From Bugula neritina (lineage: Eukaryota > Animalia > Bryozoa): a stretch of DNA of 64,000 nucleotides. The notes under the pieces were generated by a model. That model saw nothing but the letters and a program-made list of their open reading frames with translations, did no database searches and was not told the origin of the DNA. A program made the translations under genes and the position numbers. The stretch spans positions 10,798,698 through 10,862,697 of the forward strand of contig OZ037765.1 of assembly GCA_964035545.1 (NCBI GenBank). The letters run 5' to 3'. Positions 43,001 through 64,000 of the stretch are shown piece by piece. Within the stretch, counting starts at the first letter, position 1. Every line of letters begins with the position of its first letter.

Positions 43001-46000
43001 AAGTCAATGTTACTTGGAGGAGACTGAATGAACCTGAGATGCTGACTCTCCACCTCCTCATCGACAGCTTTGGTGAAGGGACCTACAGCAATGCCAGTCT
43101 TACATTATTGTACATTACACTCTATACAGAAACTACAGGCAGAGACATTTAGCACAATTCTAGAGAATAAATGTAAATGTCACTAGTAATCCATCAAACA
43201 CACTATTAAAATTTATTGCAAAAACGTTGTAATTTATATTTTCAGTATAATAGCTCAAACAAAGCATATAATATCTTACAAGTAATAACGAACAGTCTAT
43301 CTTGACAGTCATTCAGTATATTTAATTTTGTTTAAAATTATACATAATATATTTATGATTCTTTTTTAATACAGCACATTCTATTAACTGTCAATGTAAT
43401 ATCGAGCAATTTTTAAAATATTCACAATTTATACTGATATTATTATACAACATTACTATATATAATAAATATGTTAGTAAGAAACACTTGCCTAGCCGCT
43501 TCCCTCGATCAGTAAAGTTCATTTTAACACAGACGTCTCTGTTACCCGAGGCTCTCACGCCATCTAGAACTGAGGCTATGAGAGAATCCCTTTCCGTACT
43601 TGTGTATGTCCTGATAGCACCTTTCACATACTCTATACTAAACATCTGTGGATTGACTTCACTGCGAACTATTGAAAATATCTACAAAATTAACATTTAA
43701 CTCATAAACTTTTAGCTAACCATTCAACAAAGAGGAAATGGAATGCTATAAAAACAGGAAACAAGAACACACATCACAAAGAGGCTTGAGTGTGACGACG
43801 TGATAAGTTGCTGGGTCACGCTCTAGTAGACAGGTTTCCGTCAAACAGAGGATTCTTCTAACAGGATCTAGATGTCTCTGGCAGTGTTTTTGTACCATAA
43901 ACTCTGCATATGAAGTAACAGCTTCGTCAGTGCTACAATACAAACATACTATACATATACAGGTGTATAAATGTTTACAAGGGTAATACAAGTAGATATA
44001 CATACATTCACAAGTGTAATGGATATACACACTTCATCCTTATAACAGGTGAAAATTGAAACACTTAATTACATGGTTGAGTTACAGCAACAGCTCTCCA
44101 CACAATAGGCATGGTTTGCTAAGTGTTACTTTATAAACTTATATTATACATGCAATAAACATACATCACAATTATTATGTTGTTATATGCATACATAAAT
44201 AACAAAGGTAGTGTTATATAATATGACTATAACATAAAGCAGTTGCCGTGTGGTGTTCACAGTAGAGCACACAGCAGGATTCTCATTGGCGTATCTATGC
44301 TTTACAGAATGACAGGCAATCCTAAGTATAAGCCAACCTGTACTTTCCTAGTCGATGGTTCTGAAATAGCTCAAATGTGATTGGTTCACGGCGCTGCTTT
44401 ATTGAAATACCGATGAATGCTGCAGCTGCCTCTGTCACTGCTTTTATCAGCTGATCCGCCTCTTGAAGTTGGAACAAATGCTGAAAATACAAACACAAGA
44501 AGTTATTGAATGACATGAACAATGCCATCTGACGATTACAGGAGACAGAAATGCAAAATAGAAAAAGGCTGTCTAACGCAGCCAAACTAAATGTTTTTTT
44601 TTCTATCATAAATAAAAAAACTGTTGCAAAGAAAATGCTGATTTAGCTACGTTTCTGTATATGAACACCAAATAATTCAACAAACCACTGAGCTTAACTG
44701 TGCACAGCTGACACTTTTTATGAAAATAAATGGAAACAAAACTCCAAACTACCAAATAAAACAAAACTCACCAGCCGATTAAAGCCTCCATGTATGACAC
44801 AGACCCCGCCAGGAAAATCGCTGACCTACAAATCAAGTAGCACCAGTTTAACATGGCCAGCCATTCAGCAATATGGAAGCACATGGCTCAGTTCAGTCCA
44901 CGGAATTTGAGATCCACAGTTTATACATCGCTTGTTTTTACATATCTGTAATCAACTCTATACACCAAAAATGATTTTAACCCATGCCTAACTATATCAA
45001 AATTAAGAAAATATCTATTTTACTGAAAAATCCTAGTATAGTCTAGCATAAAATGAATAAAAATTGGGTTTTTTAGCTAATATCCTATAAGAGATTTCAA
45101 AATGAGTGATTTTAACACCTTTCAGGATGGATATGTTTTACAGTTTTGAGTAAAGTTTTAGTTTGTTTATTCCAAATAAAATTGTTATCTTCACAGCGGT
45201 ATCTTAGCCAAAGAATAAGTTGACTCACTGTGACAAGCCCCTCCATATCTTTGTAGTCATATGAGCAGAGATGGCGGCCAGCGCTGTCTAGCTGATCTAA
45301 TGATGACGCATTGACATGAAGCGACACTGACACTTTACTTTCAGACCAGTGGTACTTGTATGCTGCAAACTTCTACAAGTAACCGAGTAGTGTGGGTAAA
45401 TACACCAAACAATTATAAAATAATTGCAGAACATTCTGGAAAGATAAATTAAGAAATATGGGAGTGAAAAGCTGTTTAACTTACCTTTCCCTGAGCTACT
45501 GGTGAAGCAAATCTGTCTTGAAAACGCTGCAAAAAGTACTATTTATTTATTATTCAAAACAATTTTATTCATCAGAACTTGAAAAAAGACAATTTCAACT
45601 TGAACCAAGAACAAAACAGAGTTGCTTGCCATTATACTGAAGAAAATTATATTTTCAATGAACTATACTGAGTAAATGAAGTCCACTGCTTTCCTTCTCT
45701 CAAATCATTAGCCTAAGAACCAATGATAGTCACCACTAATAAAAATGTATTATATGTAAAGCCACAAATAAAGGGATGAACTAAAATTGTTGAACAATTG
45801 CTAAACAAAGATTTCTATAAAAGGATATTGCAAAAAAAGTAGATTCGTAAACTTCATAGTGTGTACTAAAATGTACCAGTTATGCAGCAGTTAAACTTTA
45901 GCAGTAATAGAATTTTTACAACCCATAGTGAGCATGTTCTAAATAATCTTTTACATTGTTTAAAATATTTGTATATGAAGCTTAAAGTAATTCAATATAC

Positions 46001-46930
46001 ATTTGTCATGTTGTGAGCTAATTGAAACTAACAATTCTAAATCATTCACCACCATTTTTATGAATGGTAAAATATCTTTCAATTGAAATAAACCCTTTCT
46101 AGCAATAGATAAATTGCAGTGACTATTAATAGCAGAACATCATATTGCAATAAAATTTATGATAAATTCAACATGCTCATAAAGTTCAGATTTTAGCTGT
46201 CTAATGAGCACACAGTGTGATCAATCAAACCAATTTTCATAAACTGCATCTCGACATAGCACTTTGAATCACTGCAAAATTAATTGCAGCATAACGGCCA
46301 AAAAGTTAAACGGTTGCACTTAGTATAGCTAAGAAAGATTCTTACTAATGCCTCTGTTAAAATGTCAGCCCTGTGATCTGTTGAAAACTTCATACTCTCA
46401 GTCTTTTTCGATCCTTTCTTCATCGTTATTATAAATTCATTGTTGCCAGGAGCTTTGATATTTGGTTCAATTTTTATGAATTCGCCATATGGCCACTAAA
46501 ATGAAAACCAAGTGTACTTCTACACAAAAAAGTAAGACAAATGAATAACAAAGTTTATTTAAACATCACATTTCTGAATAAAAACAAACAAGCAAATAAC
46601 CTGATTTGTGATTTCTAATGAGGATGGGTTGTATGTGGTGATGGCTGCAGTCCCAACAGAAAACACTCTTTTGTATCTACCAATAAATGAATAAAGACAA
46701 AATTATTGTAAGGATAGATAATTCATTTTTCAACATGGTTTATTCATTTGCATCAATAGGCAAAAGGATAAACATTAGTGACTGAGAAATGGTTGGTCCA
46801 TAAACAGGCAAGAAATGGTGAATGAGTAGCGAATGAGAACGTACTTGCCACGCCATGAGTGTTTAGTTATAAAGTAACAAACAATATCGTTGTTGTTCTT
46901 CACAACAACTTCTCCCGATTCTTGATCCAT
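25025..46930 (-). CDS. DNAJC13: DnaJ homolog subfamily C member 13 / RME-8, ~42 coding exons
   Basis: Start [34 protein letters not shown] (46845-46930, 46601-46676); IWN repeats ([28 protein letters not shown]); GYF-like [12 protein letters not shown]; J domain [20 protein letters not shown] (about 33885-34096); C-terminal [14 protein letters not shown]; last exon 25025-25128 (APNVAGYLT...PPP...stop). Exon phases are consistent. Confidence 0.96.
27018..27153. mobile_element. Short foldback MITE-like element
   Basis: Perfect 12-bp terminal inverted repeat ACTACGTTCCCA / TGGGAACGTAGT plus internal pairing GAATGGAT/ATCCATTC. Confidence 0.6.
28800..28861. repeat. Two-copy 29-bp tandem duplication next to a DNAJC13 3' splice site
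   Basis: caaccaatcagca(g/a)ctacagctcatacaa x2. Confidence 0.85.
29699..29713 (-). CDS. DNAJC13: Candidate 15-nt alternative microexon of DNAJC13 (adds SASCG)
   Basis: Minus strand: aaACTAACacgttattttgTGCtctaAG|GTTCTGCATCTTGTG|GTAAGT. It is phase 1-1 and lies between phase-1 junctions at 30137 and 29197. Confidence 0.65.
36870..36993 (-). mobile_element. Degraded MetaSINE-like SINE copy
   Basis: Reverse complement GAAGCAGCCATGGTCTAGTGCTTAGAACGCTGG...GAGTTCAAATCCC...TTGGTGGGGTCAGGGAAGTCC, similar to 39375-39601. Confidence 0.6.
39375..39601 (-). mobile_element. Near full-length tRNA-headed SINE with MetaSINE-like core
   Basis: Reverse complement GGGAGCAGCCGTGGTCTAGGGGTTAGAGCG (A box)...GGGTTTGAACCC (B box) then GGCCATTGGTGATGTTAGGAAGAGCATCCAGTCATAA, resembling the AGGAAGGGCATCCGG Meta domain; four related copies in the window. 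Confidence 0.75.
40517..40949. mobile_element. Non-autonomous DNA transposon/MITE with long TIRs (Kolobok-like)
   Basis: TTAA-AGAATCCCTGACATG...CATTTATGCAG at left versus CTGCATAAATGACATGTGTCAGCGATTCT-TTGA at right; imperfect inverted symmetry continues for about 150 bp (GAGGGTTGTACGCTCAAATA / TATTTGAGCATACAACCCTC; TCTGTGCTCATG / CATGAGCACAGA). TTAA TSD plus AG termini are typical of Kolobok. Confidence 0.8.
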
Positions 46931-47949
46931 GTTGCAAGTTATGAAACCAAAGAGCAGGAGCTAGGTTACACCATGTTTTATACTTTATATAGTGTAGGCT
47001 AAAATAAAATAAAATCTCTAGCAGATGGCATGGAATGCAAACAAAACAAATTCTTTTGCAATTACCAGGTGAGTTATTCAACTGCAATAGCAGCTGAAAT
47101 TCAGGAATTTTACAATAGTTGAAGTTTTATTTGAGAAAGATAAAAGGTTGAAATTAAAACAGATAATTGCTTATGCCCATATTAGAGTATTACAATTCAA
47201 CAATCTAGAAGCAACTACCCAATACGAACAAAACTTGTACAATTTAATTATTTCCAAAATTAGACCATATATACATTTAAGTGACTAATACTCATACTGT
47301 AGTCGCAATGACAAAAGTAATTCAATACCGTAGTGATAGAGCATGATCATGATGAAACTAGTGAACTGAGATAATACACTGTAATTTACTAGTATGACTC
47401 CCACAATAAAAAACTTGATTACTTGTTACATAGAATTACTTGCCTATATGAAGGTAAACACACTACCAATAACTATAAGCCTACACTGAAAATCAAAATC
47501 TTTTGAGACGCTAAAATATTATAAAGATTAATATAATGCAACCGTGTAAACTAGCACCAAGAATATTACAGATATGTTATCACTTCATGAATAATGAATA
47601 AAAAGAACAACATGAGAACTGAGAAGCTGCAAAAGAAAACTTAAAAGGCTAAACAAACTATTTAATTAGAGCTAAAATGAATAGACTTATTCTTGGGCTT
47701 ACAGACAAGCAACAAGAGTTTAGGTTATTATCGCATTTCAAGTAATACAATTTAAAATGTATGTCAAACCCAATGCAAAGACATATTTATTCACATATCC
47801 TAATTGTCATCTAATTCTTATTCTATTAACTACAACTACTCAACTACTAGTCAATGCCAAAACGTGAAATTGCAAACTTGGAGTTAGTAAGTTTTAGAAA
47901 GTAAAAATCATAAAAATTACATCAGCATTAAAATCTTATTGAGTGTGAA

Positions 47950-48560
47950 ACTAACATCACTAATGGTTTAATCAGTAACCACTATCAGTCAGAGAGAAAA
48001 TTAGATAATCATAATCTGATTAATCATAATCATAATGATCATCATGATCATCGTGAACTTTAAGTTTAAGCAATAAAATTATGATTATGATGAGAGATTT
48101 GTAAACTAATAACTATAACATTACTATAAGTATAATGAATAATTATATCTAAAATTAAATATCATAATGATAAACTTAAAGTAATACTAATTAGTAATTA
48201 TAATATAATATTGAATTATGAATACTCATTAAATTGATTATATCTATTATAATTATAATTATTCATTTATAATTGAAATTACAGACTATAAATGTCTATT
48301 TCATCATATCAGTTATCACTATAAGTGTAACACTAACTGTAAGTGACTAAGAGTAAGACTAAGTGTCATACTCATAAACATCTATAATTATTATTATATT
48401 TAATTTTATATTCATATTCATATTGATATAAATAAAATTTAAATGACAATCGTAATGATAATGAAATTGAATTATCATTAGATGATTAAATCAAGTTGAA
48501 TATTTATTTTCAAATTAAATGCACTATCATTCATATTTTTATGACAACATTAGCAGTAGT
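47950..48560. repeat. Very AT-rich low-complexity tract upstream of DNAJC13
   Basis: Dense ATAAT/TCATAA/TAAG motifs; few CpGs. Confidence 0.65.
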
Positions 48561-48599
48561 GCTGGTAATTGTAATTGTCATATGATAATTGCTAAAGCA

Positions 48600-48860
48600 A
48601 AAAGTTGCAAGGAACGGTCTGTGAATGGAAGTCTAGCCTTTTATGGTTTCCGTCATAGCTGGCGCATGCCCGAGGCACTCTACGAACACTCCCACTTCCT
48701 TCTCTGATCGTACGCTCGTTGTACGTTCGATTATAAATAATAACATTATGCCCAGTAATAATAGGCAAGTTTTCATGCGACTGAAATTAATAACGCGAAA
48801 GCATAGCCAAACATGTAAGGGCACTTTTTGCAGGTGCCCTAAAAGCCCCACAGTCATTCA
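48600..48860 (-). promoter_or_regulatory. CpG-enriched island, candidate DNAJC13 promoter/first exon
   Basis: Abrupt local CpG enrichment ~1.7 kb upstream of the DNAJC13 ATG, with an NRF1-like GCGCATGCCC and an ETS-like CACTTCCTT. Confidence 0.35.
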
Positions 48861-49832
48861 CTAGATAATTGAGACACCTATACATACTGAAGGGTACTGA
48901 ATGACATTATTTAAACTAAAATAATATAATGCTATACATAAAATGTTTTGGGTAAAACTGGTGCAGGTAATATAATATGCCTCCAGATTTAGTCATGCTT
49001 AAAAACACTGTTGCAATGAAAAAAGTACTGATTAGGTGTTGATTATATTTTGTATCTTTTCAGGCTGTTTGCTTTGCATATTACAGGAAATAAGTCTACA
49101 GAGCAAATAGAAAACTAAATAGGTGAAATACTATAAAAATATTATAAATGCAGAGTTGAACATAAAATTTAAAAAAAAATGGCATTGTTGAGGAGCTTTT
49201 AAGTGCATAATTGCTATTAGCTTCCTTTTTCTGTTTACTACCAAATCAAACATTATAATCTCCAGATAATAAAAAGTCTACATCTCTGTGCATATCTGCG
49301 GCAAATAGGTTTTTTATAGCTCACACTGTAAAGTTATGTGGCATCACAATAATATATTATATTACAATATACTCACAGATTTCAGTTACTGATACTCAAT
49401 GCGATAATATTATTAGCTATAAGCTATTATATGTTTATCTATGATAAAAACATTCAGGCCATTCATCTAGACTAAGTTATGGGAAATACATATTTTGTAT
49501 TTATATTAAAACTAGAATTATAAAACCATTTAAGTTTTTTAGCTTATTGATTACTCTTATTTGAAAAGGCATACAGACCAATGGCAAATTAGTGAATTGA
49601 GTTTTGCTAATTGCCTGATGTATTGCTCACAAAAATAATTGCATGCTTAATTTTTGCATTTATGGCTAGATAATAAATCTCAAACAAACGTGATTTTATG
49701 GAGCAATTTCTCTTCGCATAAATTCCATAACTCTGAACTGATTTTTTATTTTATTCATTTTTTCCTATATAATAAGATAGTGCATAGCAACCATTTTTAA
49801 CTTTACACACAGCCCTATATCCTATCTCATAC

Positions 49833-49895
49833 AGTAGTGGCCTTCAAATGAAGGTCACTACTATATAAGACGTGACCTTCATTCGAATGTCAATT
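49833..49895. repeat. Palindrome plus second partial copy, possible Helentron/Helitron-type terminus
   Basis: AGTAGTGGCCTTCA-AA-TGAAGGTCACTACT hairpin followed by GTGACCTTCATTCGAATGTCA. Confidence 0.4.
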
Positions 49896-50296
49896 GGTGC
49901 TGATGTATGGCTAGTTTATGAAATTGTGTTCAAAAAGAAATGCAATTTTGGATCAAATTTACAATTTTTAGCTTTTTTATATTTCACATCAAATATTTTA
50001 TTAGGTACTGATTAAAAAGAATTAACTGGATGCATAATAAATAAATGTTCTCTGGGCAACTTGTAGCATTTGATTGTGTGTCCTTGCTGTCATGGTAGTT
50101 GTTGTATGCAATCCACTACTGTAATATTTTAGGTTATTCCATATCATGGTGAGGCAATTTTGAGTAAAGTTTACCAAAAGATAAGCCATACCAAGTTGTT
50201 TGTTTATTGATTAATATAACATGGAATTAATAATTATTTTTCAATAAAATATTGTAAGCTTTGTAAGTGATTTGAAGTTTTAAAAACTGCCTCCAA

Positions 50297-61339
<11,043 letters not shown>

Positions 61340-62374
61340 GATGCAACTTTTCTTGCTTGTTGACTTCTTTCCCCTAAACTTATTTAATATTCTCAATTCA
61401 TTAATTTTGTTGCACCATATTTCACTTTCCTTCTACTTGTAAAAAATTAAAATAGCATTTCAATTATTTGATTGTTGCAAAATTATTTTGTTCAATTCAA
61501 TCAACAGTGACTATAATCTCAAAACATTTCAAGAAAAAATGAATTTATGTAATATCTTTTATATTTTATTTTTGCAAATATTATATTGTTCATCAATAAA
61601 TATAACTAGAAAGTTATGATATTGTAGGTTTGTGATGATAAATTAACACGCTTTAATTTACTACTATAGGATAATGACTAATATAATAGTTAGCAATTAT
61701 TTAACATTGTATTAATTTATTGCTTATGTTATTGCACAATAAAGTGGCTTTTGACTTTATCAAAAGTTTAAGCAATAGCTGTGAGTAGTTTTAAGTCCCA
61801 AATAAATAGCATAATTATAGTCGGCAAATTGAACTGTAATTAGCATGCTAATTATGAGTTAATAAATATAATTATAATGCTCAACAAAACATATATGTTT
61901 GCCTTATTATATCTCATAATGTTTTAAAAATTAGCCAGAATGCTAAAAGGCTCTTCTACTTACAAAAACATTAATTGAAAACATTATTTATTTTAACAGC
62001 TGGTATATTAAATTATAAAACATCAAAGAATCCGTTATTTCAACAGCAGAATTTCTCACACCTATTTATGAATCAATATTTTAAAAAGGTGCATTATCAC
62101 TTTTCCAAATATAATAATATAAAGTCAAGCAATAATAAATAGGCAAGCTAAAAATATGAATTATAGGGCACATTTGTGCCTAAGGGCTTCTTAATTAATG
62201 AAGCTATTTATATAGTCCATGTCTACCATTTGTTTTTTGCCATAAGTCAAATAGAGAAAGCTTGAAATAACTGTAAGAGAAAAGTTCTATGGCAGCATTG
62301 TACTTGCCCTGCAAGTGCTGTATAAATCTATCTCAGTCTTATCTTCAGCATTACCCGATTTTTTTCAGTAAAGT

Positions 62375-62672
62375 TAAAGCCTTACCCCTTAGCCACGTTT
62401 CCCCCCCCCCTCCGTGCACCGTAGGCCGTAACGTAAAATATCACCTATTTTTACAAATGTCTGAGCTTCCTGTACAGCTCTGCTTAATTCAAGCAAGTTG
62501 CGGCGGGCTCCTATTGGACAAAAATTCATTGGATATAAATGTCCAATGAGGTGTCATAGATCGTACCCAATAGATCACTTTGAGAACTTCAGCTCGGACA
62601 CATTAAAAATGGCTGACATTTTATGTTACGACCTACGGTGCGGCAAAGTGTGTCTAGGGGGGTAAAGTGTTA
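62375..62672. mobile_element. MITE with ~90-bp imperfect TIRs
   Basis: Left TTACCCCTTAGCCAC...GCACCGTAGGCCGTAACGTAAAATATCACCTATTTTTA...GTCTGAGCT matches the reverse complement of right AGCTCGGACAC...AAAAATGGCTGACATTTTATGTTACGACCTACGGTGC...CTAGGGGGGTAA; flanked by TAA/TTA. Confidence 0.8.
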
Positions 62673-64000
62673 TGAAAGCAGGTGAATGATGGAATATATA
62701 GCAAAATAGAACTATCTAGAACCAGTTCCGGCTATTGAGATCTTATAGTTATTACACACATAGGCACGTCTAGCAACTTATATTTAAAGTCAGCTTTCTC
62801 CTTTTTCTACCTATGATTTATTGCTGCCTGATTGCTGACAAATTGTATAACTTGATTTCTTTAGCAGGTAGAGTTTTGCTTGTGCTGTCTTGGAGCAGCT
62901 CGCAAAATAAATACAGAATACTGTCTTCCCAATATTCTGTGCCATAGCACTGTAGACCTCAATGCTTTAAATCAACATAAATATATCGTCTATCAAAAGC
63001 TCTTAAGGTTTTCTCAGCTCCCTCTACCAGCAGCTCTATAATCACAGTTCCAGTCTATCATCTTTATTACCATTCCTTCACATCACAAAGCATCTTCTGA
63101 TACCATTATTATTATTCAACTGCTGTTTATTATAACTATGCCAGTATTTAAGAAAAGAATTTCAATCACGAAAGCTGATGAATTGCTGATCTCTTCGACA
63201 TGTAATTCTTTGAAAAAAATACTTCAAAAGACCAACTCTGAATACTGACAATAATGCAGGCAGTATGAAAGTATTCAAAGAGGAATTTTAACTTCAGAGA
63301 TGAGTTATGATAAAGCTATCACATTGCAAAATGTGCGTAATAAGTTATGCTCTCTTTGAATAAGTTTTCTGCTTGCAGCAAAATCTGCACACGTATTGGT
63401 TTATTAATATATAGTTATAAACAATAACATAGAAAGCTATTATCTCTAGCCATTTGAAGCTGAGGTAAAGAAGTGTACAATTTAGGTGCAAAACTGTAAT
63501 GTATCTAAAGGATGATGTTAACAACATATCTACAATTTTTTTAGGTTTAGCTAAACTAACTTATGCTGGCACACATACAATGGATGCCAACACTTTGAGC
63601 TAAGTCATGATCTAAAAATGAGAAAAAACTGTCTAGCCATGCATGTGTAGTCTTGAAGTTGAGTTTTAAATCTATCACATCTGTCTATTCTCTGCTACTA
63701 ATGTTTGCTCTAATTAGTACTAGTATATAACACACTACAATATTAAAAGGAGGAGTAGTCATTGTTATGACTATGTTATGAGATGCAGCTGATTTCAGGT
63801 GTATAAAAGTATTTTGCAAAACTGAATATACTTAAGGAATAAAATATATAGATCTTACTAATATAACTAATACTATCAGCTAATAGTTAACAGATCTTAG
63901 TAAGCCAAGAACAATTAATTGCTTACTTTTCATAATAGTTTAATTGAAAAATCGTTATTATTTTGAAATGTATAATGCCACATTAGTGTTACAATGATCG

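Overview
AT-rich, intron-rich animal (invertebrate) nuclear DNA. The taxon cannot be fixed from the sequence; a lophotrochozoan is only a guess. By hand-splicing exons I reconstruct six protein genes. On + are a three-BRCT microcephalin (MCPH1) and a single-coding-exon, mitochondrially targeted, catalytically degenerate seryl-tRNA-synthetase paralog (SLIMP-like). On - are an SLC6 Na+/Cl- glycine/proline-type transporter, RAB23, a ~42-exon DNAJC13/RME-8 and a highly divergent CatSper2-family channel subunit that the ORF track largely misses. Introns carry two tRNA-derived SINE families (one with a MetaSINE-like core), several MITEs, and micro/minisatellites. Most interesting: (1) the CatSper2-like gene has open, correctly phased transmembrane exons, but its filter reads TLSNS instead of TLDHW and its voltage sensor is partly neutralised, suggesting a non-conducting or modulatory subunit; (2) a hidden 15-nt frame-preserving microexon in DNAJC13 with an SRRM4/eMIC-type cis signature; (3) the SLIMP-like pseudo-synthetase. 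Exon coordinates were read by eye and homolog comparisons are from memory; both need RNA-seq and database confirmation.
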